A DNA stretch of 49,693 nucleotides from IMG/VR virus record IMGVR_UViG_3300048908_000031; one strand, 5' to 3'. The translations under genes and the position numbers were made by a program. Below, in pieces: positions 30,238 through 39,968 of the stretch. This stretch comes from a virus. Each line of letters begins with the position of its first letter. Position 1 is the first letter of the stretch. The notes under the pieces were generated by a model. That model was not told where the DNA came from. It saw nothing but the letters and a program-made list of their open reading frames with translations, and made no database searches.

Positions 30238-31215
30238 ATGCGAACTTTTGACGCAGCTGCCCAGGCTCAACTGGGCTTCCTCATTGGTCAATTGACCTAT
30301 GTCGAGCAGGAGGTATTGCGCCAGCCGTACCCCGAAATCAAATACCCGTCGATCCTGACGGTGGACACCTCGGCCCCGGATTACACCGAGTCGATCGCCT
30401 TCAAGGTGCTCGACTACAAGGGTGAGCCGGCGCCAATCGGCGACACCTCCCACGACTTCCCGTTGGCCGAGATTGCCGCCAAGATGGGTGGCGTGGACGT
30501 GGTGCAGGCTGGTCTGGGCTATGCCTACAGCCAGATCGAAGTCGGCAAGGCCATGGAAATGGCGAACGCGCAAGGCTTCGGTGGTGCAATCAACTACCTG
30601 GCCGAGAAGCCGATCGCCGTCCGTACCCTGACCGAACAGTGGTTGGATCGTGTGGCAATGGTCGGTGATGCACGCTGGCCTTCGCTGGCCACCGGTGGCC
30701 TGCTGAAGTATCCAGGTGTTCCTGTGCTGGCTACCGGCACCTTGCTCGGCGGTTCGAACAAGACCTTCGCGCAGATCTTGGCGCAAGCACCGGACACCGC
30801 TGCCAGCGACATGCTGACCCTGTTGAACAACTTCATCCTTCAGGTCTACTCGGTACAGACCAACAGCATCTTCCGCCCAACGCACATCCTGCTGCCGCTG
30901 ACTCAGTACGGCCAGTTGATCACCTTCCGCATCCCGAACACTGCGGAAACCTTGATCGGCTACCTGCAGCGCGTGCTGAACGTCATCTTCGAGCCGATTC
31001 TTCAGCTCAAGGGTGCGGGTGCTGGCAGCACTGACCGGATGATGGCTTACACCAAGAACGTTCAGTTCGCCAAGTTTCACCTTCCATTGCCGTTCAATTT
31101 GAACGCACCGATCCCGTCGCACGGCGGCCTGAAGTTCGAGGCTGCTGGTGTTGTGCGCACTGCTGGTACCGAGCTGCGCGTTCCGCAAAGTCACGCGTAC
31201 TGCGACGGCATCTAA
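30238..31215 (+). CDS. Major capsid protein (DUF2184-type)
   Basis: The N-terminus is MRTFDAAAQAQLGFLIGQLTYVEQEVLRQPYPEIKYPSIL. 325 aa, in the expected position. Confidence 0.7.
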   Translation: MRTFDAAAQAQLGFLIGQLTYVEQEVLRQPYPEIKYPSILTVDTSAPDYTESIAFKVLDYKGEPAPIGDTSHDFPLAEIAAKMGGVDVVQAGLGYAYSQIEVGKAMEMANAQGFGGAINYLAEKPIAVRTLTEQWLDRVAMVGDARWPSLATGGLLKYPGVPVLATGTLLGGSNKTFAQILAQAPDTAASDMLTLLNNFILQVYSVQTNSIFRPTHILLPLTQYGQLITFRIPNTAETLIGYLQRVLNVIFEPILQLKGAGAGSTDRMMAYTKNVQFAKFHLPLPFNLNAPIPSHGGLKFEAAGVVRTAGTELRVPQSHAYCDGI

Positions 31216-31224
31216 GGGGGTCAC

Positions 31225-31569
31225 ATGGCTCGCAAACAAGGCAAGGCAGACGAGGCCGCTTCGGCGGACCTCATTGTCTGGACCAACGTCAGCCGGAACC
31301 CAGTAGTCCTGGATGATGGCAGCACGGTGAATCCAGGCGAAAGCACCACTCCCGAGCAGGCCGAGTTCGCTGAAGGCTCGTTCTGGGAAGAGCACGGCGT
31401 GTTGGTGTCCGGCTCGCCGGTGCTGACCGACGACGGCGCTGGCCAGATCGAAGCGCTGCGTGCCGAGATCGAAGGCCTGCGCGACCAGCTGGTCGTCGCG
31501 AGTGGCGAGAAAGATGCGCTGCTGGCTGAGATCGAAGCGCTGAAGAAACAGATCCCTCCGAAAGAGTGA
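31225..31569 (+). CDS. Hypothetical head-associated protein with a C-terminal coiled coil
   Basis: ORF followed by a terminator. Confidence 0.5.
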   Translation: MARKQGKADEAASADLIVWTNVSRNPVVLDDGSTVNPGESTTPEQAEFAEGSFWEEHGVLVSGSPVLTDDGAGQIEALRAEIEGLRDQLVVASGEKDALLAEIEALKKQIPPKE

Positions 31570-31587
31570 TCTGAGCAAAACCAAAAT

Positions 31588-31620
31588 AGCCCCTCCTAAC
31601 CCGAGGGGCTGTTTCATTCT
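31588..31620 (+). terminator. Rho-independent terminator/attenuator after the capsid genes
   Basis: AGCCCCTC-ctaaccc-GAGGGGCT followed by GTTTCATTCT. Confidence 0.6.
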
Positions 31621-31632
31621 GGAGTCTGACCC

Positions 31633-32067
31633 GTGGCTGAACTGACCATTGAAGTGACGCCGGCGATCATTACCGACTTCCGAGCGTTCTACGAAGAATT
31701 TTCCGACAGTGCCGCCTGGTCCGATGCTCGCATCACCAAGGCGCTGTATATCGCACGCGGCGAGCTTGATGCCTGCCGCTGGGGCGACTACAAGCCCTAC
31801 TCGTTCCTGCAGCGTGGCTGGTTCGCCTTGGCAGCGCACTACCTGACCTGGAACAAGGCGACGACCGACGCCACTACGGCAGACGGCAGCGCCTCGACAC
31901 CCTTCGCGCAGGCCAGCAAGTCCGTGCGTGACGAATCGGTGTCCTACGCCATCCCGGCCGCCATGGCCAACCTGACGACGTGGGAATCGGCTCTGGCCCT
32001 GACCCCCTACGGCAACGAATACCTGCACCTGCGTGATCGGGCCGGCATGGGCGCGGTCTGCGTATGA
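31633..32067 (+). CDS. Head-tail connector protein (DUF4054-like), GTG start
   Basis: RBS GGAG; 144 aa; in the expected position. Confidence 0.5.
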   Translation: MAELTIEVTPAIITDFRAFYEEFSDSAAWSDARITKALYIARGELDACRWGDYKPYSFLQRGWFALAAHYLTWNKATTDATTADGSASTPFAQASKSVRDESVSYAIPAAMANLTTWESALALTPYGNEYLHLRDRAGMGAVCV

Positions 32068-32567
32068 TCGAGCCGACGCTCAGCCTGATCGGCAAGCAGC
32101 AGGTCGAGGAAGCGCTGAAGGATCTGGCCAAGAAGCTGGAAGGCGAAACCCGCGTGCTCGTTGGCGTGCCTGTGGGCGCTGGCTCAAACGACGGATTGAC
32201 CATCGCCACCTATGCGGCGGTCAACGAATTCGGCTCGGCTGACGGCCATATCCCGGCTCGTCCGTTCCTGCGGCCCGGCGTCGAGAATGGAACTCTCTTG
32301 TATCTGAAGACTGCCGAGCTAGGCATTCCCAAGGTGCTGAGCGGCCAGATGACCATGCGAATGGTACTGGAACAGATTGGCAACATGGCCCAAGTCAGCG
32401 TCCAAACGGCCATCCACGACAAGACAGACCCGCCCAACGCCGCATCAACCATTGCTGCCAAGGGTTCATCCCATCCGCTCATCGATCACGGCAACCAAGG
32501 TGGCTTGCTGGGCGCGATCCGCTACGTCATCGACGACAACAACGAACCAATCGAAGAGGGGTTGTGA
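32064..32567 (+). CDS. HK97 gp10-like head-tail adaptor
   Basis: NEFGSADGHIPARPFLRPG motif. Confidence 0.55.
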   Translation: MIEPTLSLIGKQQVEEALKDLAKKLEGETRVLVGVPVGAGSNDGLTIATYAAVNEFGSADGHIPARPFLRPGVENGTLLYLKTAELGIPKVLSGQMTMRMVLEQIGNMAQVSVQTAIHDKTDPPNAASTIAAKGSSHPLIDHGNQGGLLGAIRYVIDDNNEPIEEGL

Positions 32568-33061
32568 TGGGCCTGAACATGCGCGGCCACGTCAGCGGCC
32601 CCTTCGTCACGCACAAGGGTGTGATCCTCAATCGCTACACATCCGAGGTCGTCGACTTCGAGCCGGCCCTGACGCTGAGCTACACCGACAGCTTCGATGC
32701 CAATGTGCAGCCGGTCAGTGACAAGGAGATTGAGTTTCTACAGATCGGCGCCGAGCGCATCAACGACGTGCGGGTGATTCACCGTAACGACGGCAAATGC
32801 ATCGAGGTTTCGACCCCCGGCAAGCTGGCCGACATCCTGGTGTTCGCCGAGACGCCTGACAAGGAGCCGACCTGGTGGAAGTCCATCGCGACCGACTTCA
32901 GACCCTGGCACAACTTCTGCCGCGCCGTGGTGGCCAAGCTGGACCAGTCCGAGATTGACCGACTGGATCTGAATATTCTGGTCACTGCCATCGAGCCGGT
33001 CGCCCAAGACACCTACGACTACGCCAACACCACACTGCCCGAGGACGTAGGACATGCTTGA
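32567..33061 (+). CDS. Hypothetical virion protein
   Basis: ORF with a TGATG overlap. Confidence 0.5.
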   Translation: MGLNMRGHVSGPFVTHKGVILNRYTSEVVDFEPALTLSYTDSFDANVQPVSDKEIEFLQIGAERINDVRVIHRNDGKCIEVSTPGKLADILVFAETPDKEPTWWKSIATDFRPWHNFCRAVVAKLDQSEIDRLDLNILVTAIEPVAQDTYDYANTTLPEDVGHA

Positions 33062-33611
33062 CGACCTCGAAATGACCAAGGCCGTGTGCAGGATCGTCGT
33101 AGCGGCCACTGGACTGCCGGCGAACAAGGTCATCATTGGCGACCCCGGCACCTCCGCTCCCACAGACAGTTACTGCGCTGTGCGCCTGGACAATCCATCC
33201 CAGTACGGCCAGGCGCTCAACTCGCAGACCAACGTCGTCGCGACGGATGACCCGCAATACGAGGACATCCTCGCCAAGGTCGCCACCCAGTTCACCCTGG
33301 GCTTCAGCCTCAACTTCTACCGAGCGGGCGCCAAGCGTTACGCCGCCGCGATCTGCGAGGCGAACAAGCGCGAGCCGATTGCGGCCATCCTGCGCGCCGC
33401 CAAGCTCGGCTGGTCCCGTGTGTCACCGATCAACAACCTGACCGGCCTCTACCAGGCGGCCATGGAAGAACGCGCACAACTCACCCTGTACCTGTATGGC
33501 GAATCGATCGCCGAAGACCGCGTTCAGCGGATCTATCGCGCGGAATTCTCCGTGCAAACCGAACAATCTGGCGCCATTGCGCAAGGGGAAGTAAATGGCT
33601 TATCAGGCTGA
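33054..33611 (+). CDS. Hypothetical tail-completion-position protein
   Basis: ORF between the connector genes and the major tail gene. Confidence 0.45.
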   Translation: MLDDLEMTKAVCRIVVAATGLPANKVIIGDPGTSAPTDSYCAVRLDNPSQYGQALNSQTNVVATDDPQYEDILAKVATQFTLGFSLNFYRAGAKRYAAAICEANKREPIAAILRAAKLGWSRVSPINNLTGLYQAAMEERAQLTLYLYGESIAEDRVQRIYRAEFSVQTEQSGAIAQGEVNGLSG

Positions 33612-34725
33612 AGAAATTATCAACATCACCACGCTGATCAACTCGGCCGGGCTGGGCACTTCCAACTTTGGCGCAGGCATGTTCTTTGCTGACTTCGATT
33701 CGTCGAGTGATGTGACCTTTGTGACTGGCACCTACCGCGACTATGGCTCCCTTTCTCAGGTGGCGGCCAACTTCAACATCGCCTCCGACCCCTACGCAGC
33801 TGCACTGGCGTGGTTCTCGGCCGTGCCGAAGCCGAAGAGCCTGCGCATCTACCTGCGCATCGAAGAAGACACTCCAGTCGATTCGCATAACGATGCGATC
33901 AACAAAGGGATCTGGTTCTACTGGTTCGATTTCGAGACTTCCATTCGCGCCGTTGACGCTGACGTGCTGGCCCTGGCCGCAGCCGCCGATGCTGCTGGCA
34001 AGTTCTTCGCCTACACCTCGAACCAGGCGACCATCCGCGATCCGGCCGTCACGACCGACATTGTGACAAAGGCCGTGACTCAGGGATCGCGCCGTATGTT
34101 CGTGGCTAGCCATGCGACCGAACTGTATGAAGGCTTCGAGATTGCCGCGGTGTTCAGTCGTGTCAACTTCGACGCAGCGAACAGCACCATCACCGGTGAA
34201 TACAAGAAGCTGCCGGGCATCGACGCTGAAAGCCTGACCCCGACCGCTTACGGCGCGATGAAGTCGAAAGGCGCGGTGTTCTACACCGTCGTGGAAACCG
34301 GTGGCGAGAAGGACAGCGGCCGAATCATCAACTCGAAGACCACGTCGACCTTCGGAGAGTACATCGACGATGTATTCAACCTGGACGCCTTCGTCAACTT
34401 CATGACGGTCGCCCTGTACAACGCGCTGACTAAAGTGCCGACCAAGCTGCGGCAGACCCCGGCCGGTCAGCAAGTCCTGATCGATGCGGCTGCACAGGTC
34501 GGCGAGAAGTTCATCGGCAACGGCTACCTGGGCGAGCGCCTGTACACCGACGACCAGACCGGCGAAGAGAAGACCAGCCGCGGCTACGAGATCCTGACCA
34601 AAGCCGAAGATATTCTGTTGATCTCCGACGCCGAGCGTGCTGCCCGTGGCTCCGCTCCGATCCGCATGCGCATCTTCCGTGCAGGCGCCATCCACACCGT
34701 CGACCTGACGGCCAACGTAGAATAA
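33595..34725 (+). CDS. Major tail / sheath-like protein (DUF3383-like)
   Basis: 376 aa, followed by a tube-like DUF3277-type gene. Confidence 0.5.
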   Translation: MAYQAEEIINITTLINSAGLGTSNFGAGMFFADFDSSSDVTFVTGTYRDYGSLSQVAANFNIASDPYAAALAWFSAVPKPKSLRIYLRIEEDTPVDSHNDAINKGIWFYWFDFETSIRAVDADVLALAAAADAAGKFFAYTSNQATIRDPAVTTDIVTKAVTQGSRRMFVASHATELYEGFEIAAVFSRVNFDAANSTITGEYKKLPGIDAESLTPTAYGAMKSKGAVFYTVVETGGEKDSGRIINSKTTSTFGEYIDDVFNLDAFVNFMTVALYNALTKVPTKLRQTPAGQQVLIDAAAQVGEKFIGNGYLGERLYTDDQTGEEKTSRGYEILTKAEDILLISDAERAARGSAPIRMRIFRAGAIHTVDLTANVE

Positions 34726-34738
34726 GGGGCGCTGACTC

Positions 34739-35143
34739 ATGTCTTTAGCTGATCTTTCTGTAGAAAACACCATCATCGTGATCACCGGCGTCGGCCAGAT
34801 CAATGACTGGGGCAAGACCGACCCACCCTTCACCATTGAGCCGATCGACGACAAGTCGACGCTGATTCGTGGCCTGGGTGGTCGCGCCGTCAAGTTCACC
34901 CGGATCAACCCGGGCCAGCGCCTCACCCTGAACCTGCTGGCCGGCAGTCCTCAGGCCGTCGGCTTGCAGGCACTGATCAATGCAGGCACCGAAGTGTCCG
35001 GCTCCTACGCCTCGATCGCCGGCCTTGAAGGCGCGATCTTCTCGGAAGGCGTCGGCACCAAGGGTAAATCCATGGCGCGCGGCGGCCCCGGCATGAACGA
35101 CGCAACCTTCATCTTTGAATTCAACGCAGGTATCGCGCAATGA
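34739..35143 (+). CDS. Tail tube-like protein (DUF3277-like)
   Basis: 134 aa, in the expected position. Confidence 0.45.
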   Translation: MSLADLSVENTIIVITGVGQINDWGKTDPPFTIEPIDDKSTLIRGLGGRAVKFTRINPGQRLTLNLLAGSPQAVGLQALINAGTEVSGSYASIAGLEGAIFSEGVGTKGKSMARGGPGMNDATFIFEFNAGIAQ

Positions 35144-35625
35144 GTTTGGCCGAAGCCTACATTCGCACCATTGAGCATGACGGCGTGACCTACCGCTTCG
35201 GCATGCCTTCTGCCGAGAAGCAGCGGGCCGTGCTGTTCCGCCTCGGCAAGTACGGGGTCGAGCCGATGATTCGCGGCCTGGCCCTGGCCGAGCTTGGGCA
35301 GGCATCTGAATTCATGGTTGCGGGCGGCATCGTCGGCACCATGCTCGCGCGCATGCCAGAAGACGACTTCAACTTCGTCTGCGACTCCATGCTGGGCAAG
35401 CTGTTCAAGGAAGGCTCGACCACTCCGCTGACCATGGAAGACTTCTCGGGCCGCCTGAAGACCTACTTCACGCTGGTGGTGATGGCCCTCGGCAGCGTAT
35501 TCGAGGATTTTTCGCAACTCCTGACCCTCTTCCAGAAATCTACCGATTCAGCAAAGGCGGCGGATTCGAGTCAGGAGAACGCCTCAACCCAGCCGTCGAC
35601 TGGGAGCTCTGGAGACCCTGCGTAG
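35140..35625 (+). CDS. Tail assembly chaperone (G-like)
   Basis: Lies directly upstream of the tape measure gene. A startless coding-like extension exists in the -1 frame. Confidence 0.55.
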   Translation: MSLAEAYIRTIEHDGVTYRFGMPSAEKQRAVLFRLGKYGVEPMIRGLALAELGQASEFMVAGGIVGTMLARMPEDDFNFVCDSMLGKLFKEGSTTPLTMEDFSGRLKTYFTLVVMALGSVFEDFSQLLTLFQKSTDSAKAADSSQENASTQPSTGSSGDPA

Positions 35626-35771
35626 GGATTCCGGGCCTGTGCCCGCCCCTGTGCACCTACAAAGACCTTACGGACGGCACCTATTCTCTCGGCTGGGTCA
35701 AGCGGGCGAACCTGGTCATGGATGAAATGATCTACGCCCGACATCTGGCCGAGGCCAATCGCCCTAAATAG
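35622..35771 (+). CDS. Probable -1 frameshift extension of the tail chaperone (GT-like)
   Basis: The -1 frame is open through the chaperone 3' end and encodes GIPGLCPPLCTYKDLTDGTYSLGWVKRANLVMDEMIYARHLAEANRPK. It has no start codon of its own. The slippery site was not identified. Confidence 0.4.
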   Translation, partial: VGIPGLCPPLCTYKDLTDGTYSLGWVKRANLVMDEMIYARHLAEANRPK

Positions 35772-35812
35772 CCCTGCACTTTCGGGGCTTTTTGTTTTCA
35801 AGGAGCCGGCCT

Positions 35813-37432
35813 GTGAAGGTGCTCGAAAGTTTCATGATCGCCCTCGGGCTCAAGGTCGACAAAAAATCCTTCGAGTCGGGCGAGGCGGCATTCAGCGGCC
35901 TGACCAAAACTGCGCTGCAACTGGGCGCGGTACTGGCCAGCAAATTGGCCATCGACAAGGTGGTGGGCGATTTTAAAAGCGCCGGCACCGAACTGAACAA
36001 CTTCAACAAACTGACCGGGCTCAGCACGCAGAACGTGCAGGCTCTCGGTCAGGCGATCAAAGCGCAGGGCGGCGATGCAGCGGCAGCCTTCTCCGACCTG
36101 AAGAAGATTCAAGACCTGATGGCCTCCCCGATCACCGGCAACACCGGCTGGTTCGGCGATGTGGCCAAGCTCGGGCTGAACCCGAACGCGATCATCGGCG
36201 CCAAGGACACCGCTGACGCGCTGGTCAACATCGCTGCTGAGTTCGAGCACATGACTCCGCTCAATCAGCGCCTGGCTGGTCAAGCGCTGGGCCTGGATGA
36301 TTCGACCGTGCGGCTACTGATGCGCGGACGCGATGAGGTCGAGAAGCAACTCGACTCGCGCGGCAAGCTCGCCATCATGACGGGCAAGCAGATCGAAGAC
36401 TCTGCGCGACTAACCAAGGCGACCAGCGAACTGGATCAGGTCTTCACCAGCATGGGCAACACCATCGCTGGCAAGCTTACCCCGGCCTTCACCGAAATGG
36501 CCGAAGACTTCGTGAAGTTCTACCGCAACAACAAGGATCTGATCGACTCAGGCCTTGGAAAGTTCTTTGGTGGTGTGGCCGACAACATCCAGCTAGTGGC
36601 GGCTGCGATGGCTCTCATGGGTGGCTCTGCCACGCTTAAAGGCTTGGCATCACTGAGGGCCATTATTGGCTTGGGTGGAGCAGCTGGAGTTGCTGGGTTG
36701 ACCGCCGAGCAAGCTGCTGCTGTAGCCGCTGCACAGCGCGCAGCGGGTATGTCTGGCGCGGCCATTTTGCGAACTGGTGGTGTCGGTGCGGCCGCCCTGC
36801 TGTACTCCAGCAACCTCAACGAAGGCGAAGATACCGAATTGCTGAACAGCCGCCTGAAGCGCGGCGGTGGCGAAGCGGTCGGCGCGACGGTCGACTTCTT
36901 CATGAAGAAAGGCTGGACTCGCGAACAGGCAGAGGGCATTGCGGCGAATCTGGAGCAGGAAAGCGGCTTTAACGCTGGCGCCGAGGGTGATGGCGGAAAT
37001 GCATACGGGTTGGCCCAGTGGCACAAAGACCGGCAGGACGATTTTGCCAAGCGGTACGGCAAGGACATCCGTAAGTCGACCGCTGCCGAGCAGCTTGAGT
37101 TTGTCAACCATGAGCTGACCAGCGGCAATGAGAAAGCTGCCGGCAATAGTCTGAGCACCGCAAACAGCGCCTATGACGCCGCCGGGATAGTTTCCAGGCA
37201 GTACGAGCGTCCAGGCCTTGACGACATGGCGAAGGATCGCGAGGCCGCCAGCCGCGGTGATCGCGCCGACGGCTATAGCGCGCAAGGCGGCAACTCCGGC
37301 CCCTCCTACACCGACAACCGCCAGTTCCACATCCACGGTGCCGACACCGACAAGGTCAAGCAGGTGCTCAACGAGCAAATGAGCGGGCTGACAGAAAAGA
37401 CCATGCAGGATTTTCGGAGCCCTGAAAAATGA
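35813..37432 (+). CDS. Tape measure protein with a C-terminal lysozyme-like (tail lysozyme) domain
   Basis: GTG start after AAGGAG. There is a Gly/Ala-rich hydrophobic centre. The C-terminal domain reads GWTREQAEGIAANLEQESGFNAGAEGDGGNAYGLAQWHKDR. Confidence 0.75.
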   Translation: MKVLESFMIALGLKVDKKSFESGEAAFSGLTKTALQLGAVLASKLAIDKVVGDFKSAGTELNNFNKLTGLSTQNVQALGQAIKAQGGDAAAAFSDLKKIQDLMASPITGNTGWFGDVAKLGLNPNAIIGAKDTADALVNIAAEFEHMTPLNQRLAGQALGLDDSTVRLLMRGRDEVEKQLDSRGKLAIMTGKQIEDSARLTKATSELDQVFTSMGNTIAGKLTPAFTEMAEDFVKFYRNNKDLIDSGLGKFFGGVADNIQLVAAAMALMGGSATLKGLASLRAIIGLGGAAGVAGLTAEQAAAVAAAQRAAGMSGAAILRTGGVGAAALLYSSNLNEGEDTELLNSRLKRGGGEAVGATVDFFMKKGWTREQAEGIAANLEQESGFNAGAEGDGGNAYGLAQWHKDRQDDFAKRYGKDIRKSTAAEQLEFVNHELTSGNEKAAGNSLSTANSAYDAAGIVSRQYERPGLDDMAKDREAASRGDRADGYSAQGGNSGPSYTDNRQFHIHGADTDKVKQVLNEQMSGLTEKTMQDFRSPEK

Positions 37433-38049
37433 GCACCATGAGCATCTTTGCCAAGACTCTGCCGAAGATTGGCCCGTTGGAATTCGACGCCAAACTGGAA
37501 GGCTCGACCAACAAAAGCGTCTACCTCACCCAGTTCCCGGTCGAGTTCGGCGCCAACACGAACGACCACGCCATCCTTCTGCCGAATCGTTACCTGCTGA
37601 CCGGGGCTGTGTCGAATAGCCCGCTCGGCCTGGACCTGAGCGACATCGGCATGATGGGCGTGGGTGCGGTGGCAACGGCTGTCGGTGGTGTCGGCGGGGC
37701 GGCGATCAGCGCTGTCTCGGCCTATCTGCTGTCCGGCAGCGACAAAACCCGTGCCGCCACGGCCTGGGCCTCACTGACCGCCATTCTGGAAGCGCGCGCC
37801 AAGTTCGATCTGGACACCGGCATGGAAATCATGCGCGACATGATGCTGGTTCGCCTGGATCAGCGTACCCGTCCAGAGGGCGAAGACGGCTTGATATTCA
37901 TCGCCGAGTTGCAGCAGGTGCGCATCGTCAAGTCGAAGGTCGGCAAGGGTGTTACCTCGGCGGACCAGTTGATGAAGAACGATACCGTCACCACGCAAGG
38001 GGCGCCCATGGTCGATAACGGTGACACGTCGGTCGAGGTGATCCAATGA
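37429..38049 (+). CDS. Tail/baseplate protein (hypothetical)
   Basis: ORF, ATGA-coupled to the tape measure gene. Confidence 0.5.
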   Translation: MSTMSIFAKTLPKIGPLEFDAKLEGSTNKSVYLTQFPVEFGANTNDHAILLPNRYLLTGAVSNSPLGLDLSDIGMMGVGAVATAVGGVGGAAISAVSAYLLSGSDKTRAATAWASLTAILEARAKFDLDTGMEIMRDMMLVRLDQRTRPEGEDGLIFIAELQQVRIVKSKVGKGVTSADQLMKNDTVTTQGAPMVDNGDTSVEVIQ

Positions 38050-38348
38050 GCCGCTACAAGGTCGCCATGCAGGCCCTGCCCGCGCAGACGTTCAGCGCGC
38101 GACTGGGCAAGAATACCGTGACCATTCAGCTGCAATGGATGGCTCGGCTGGAAGTGTTCCGCGTCAACATCCTGACTTCGGCCGGGGCGATCCTGACCGC
38201 TGGACGCTTCCTGCAGCCTGGCTCCGACCTGCTCGCCGGCCTCTACCCGCCACCGAAGAACACCTATGGCTCCCTGATTCTGGAGGGCGAACAACCAACC
38301 CCGGACAACCTGGGGGTCACCAACCTGCTGGTATGGTCCGATGAGTGA
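38046..38348 (+). CDS. Tail/baseplate protein (hypothetical)
   Basis: ORF, ATGA-coupled. Confidence 0.5.
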   Translation: MSRYKVAMQALPAQTFSARLGKNTVTIQLQWMARLEVFRVNILTSAGAILTAGRFLQPGSDLLAGLYPPPKNTYGSLILEGEQPTPDNLGVTNLLVWSDE

Positions 38349-39294
38349 TGAACTGTTCCTGCGCAGCTACCGGCTGAAACTGGGTCGCGGCAGCGGATCG
38401 AAGATCTACCAGATGCGCGTGGGCGAGATCATTCCCGGCGACAACGACGGTCTGCGCATCACCTTCCAGGCCACCCACTTCGCCGGCGGCGCGTTCAGCG
38501 TGGCCGAGATCACCATCTTCAATGTGTCGCAGGGCAGCACCAACCAGATGCTCGGTGACGGCTACGAGAAGCGGTACGAGTTCATTTCGTTGGAAGCGGG
38601 TTACGCCGACCTGTTCGGTGCGGTGTTCGTCGGGCAGATCACCAACGTGCAGCGTGTACTGGAGGACGGTGGCGCCACCAAGGGTATTCGCTTCTTCTGC
38701 AAGTCGTCGGCCAAGGAGCGCGACGAGAACCTGATCAACCTGACCCTGTCACCGGAGACCGATCCGGTGCAGATCATCGAGGCCTGCGCTGAGCCATTTG
38801 GTGCAGAGATCCAGTTCTACGGCGACTTCTCTGGCCTCCAGCGGCGCTCGCGCGGCACCGTTCTGCAAGGCAGCCCCACCGCCTGCATGAACGAACTGAG
38901 TGAGACATTCCAGTTTGACTGGATGGTCGAGAACGGCGCAATCAAGATTATCAAAAGAGATTCCGCTCTGGACAATTCTGTCTACGTGATAAGCGCCAGC
39001 ACCGGGATGATCGGCTCGCCCGTGGTCACGGATACCGAAGTCGGCATTCGCTACACCCTCAACCCCAAGATCAAGTTGGGCGACACCATCAAGCTGGAAT
39101 CGATGGCGCCGCGCTTCGAGTTCTCCGGGGCGTTCTTCTACGACATCCCGCGCACGATTGGCGAGGGTTATTACAAGGTCAACTCACGGGTGTTTGCCGG
39201 GGATTCCCACGGCGACCAGTGGGAGGTCCAACTCAGCTGCCTGCGTCTAAGCGCAGCGGCACAGGCCGGCATTTCCGACAGGGCAACCCGATGA
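38341..39294 (+). CDS. Baseplate hub-like protein
   Basis: 317 aa; lies upstream of the spike-like gene. Confidence 0.45.
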   Translation: MSDELFLRSYRLKLGRGSGSKIYQMRVGEIIPGDNDGLRITFQATHFAGGAFSVAEITIFNVSQGSTNQMLGDGYEKRYEFISLEAGYADLFGAVFVGQITNVQRVLEDGGATKGIRFFCKSSAKERDENLINLTLSPETDPVQIIEACAEPFGAEIQFYGDFSGLQRRSRGTVLQGSPTACMNELSETFQFDWMVENGAIKIIKRDSALDNSVYVISASTGMIGSPVVTDTEVGIRYTLNPKIKLGDTIKLESMAPRFEFSGAFFYDIPRTIGEGYYKVNSRVFAGDSHGDQWEVQLSCLRLSAAAQAGISDRATR

Positions 39295-39968
39295 GTAGTG
39301 ATCCGCTTGCCTCGCGTACCCAGGCCCAGTTTTCCAAAATGCTGCGCGATGCGTTCGGCGAATACCTCAAAAGCAACATGCGCACCAGCGTGCCCGGCCA
39401 CGTCCTGAGCTTTGACTCGTCAAGCCAGCAGGCCGAAGTGCAGATTGGGTTGATGCTTGAGGACCGTCAAGGCAATCAGGCTGAGCGCCGGCCGATCATC
39501 TGCGTCCCTGTGCAGTTTTGGGGCGCCTCGGGCGGAACCCTTGAATGTCGCGTGGGAGCGGGCACTGAGGGCGTGTTGTTCTTCAGCCAGGAATGCATTG
39601 ACTCCTGGGTCGACCAGGGCGGCGTGGCGGTCAAATCCGAGCCGCGGCGCTTCTCGATCAACGACGCCTACTTCGTCCCCGGCATTCGCTCCAAGCCTGG
39701 CGCGATCACCGACTTTGCCAACGACGGCCTTCGCCTGCGCAGCAATGACGGCTCGGCCTACTTCTGGATTCACGACGACAAGACGCTTGAGATTGGCGGG
39801 GTGTCGCTCGACGTCAAGTGTCCGGCCAATTTTGAGCAGCCGGTCAACTTTGAACTGGCCGTGACCACCGAGACGACCATCACTAATCACGGCGTGAGCA
39901 TCGGCTTCGAGCACACCCACAACGGCGTGCAGTCGGGCAGCGGCAATTCTGGAGTGGTCAACCCATGA
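39291..39968 (+). CDS. Baseplate central spike-like protein (gpV/Gp138-like OB fold)
   Basis: VPGHVLSFDSSSQQAEVQIGL...PIICVPVQFWGASGG...GTEGVLFFSQ. Confidence 0.5.
   Translation: MSSDPLASRTQAQFSKMLRDAFGEYLKSNMRTSVPGHVLSFDSSSQQAEVQIGLMLEDRQGNQAERRPIICVPVQFWGASGGTLECRVGAGTEGVLFFSQECIDSWVDQGGVAVKSEPRRFSINDAYFVPGIRSKPGAITDFANDGLRLRSNDGSAYFWIHDDKTLEIGGVSLDVKCPANFEQPVNFELAVTTETTITNHGVSIGFEHTHNGVQSGSGNSGVVNP

Noticed and set aside
30208-32028. 606-aa ORF on the minus strand
   Set aside because: It is antisense to the major capsid and connector genes. The sequence is Arg/Gly/Val-rich and low-complexity, as expected of a shadow ORF in GC-rich DNA. It has no RBS or operon logic.
33481-34926. 481-aa minus-strand ORF
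   Set aside because: It is an antisense shadow of the DUF3383-like major tail gene. Its composition is non-protein-like (runs of R, G, V, D).
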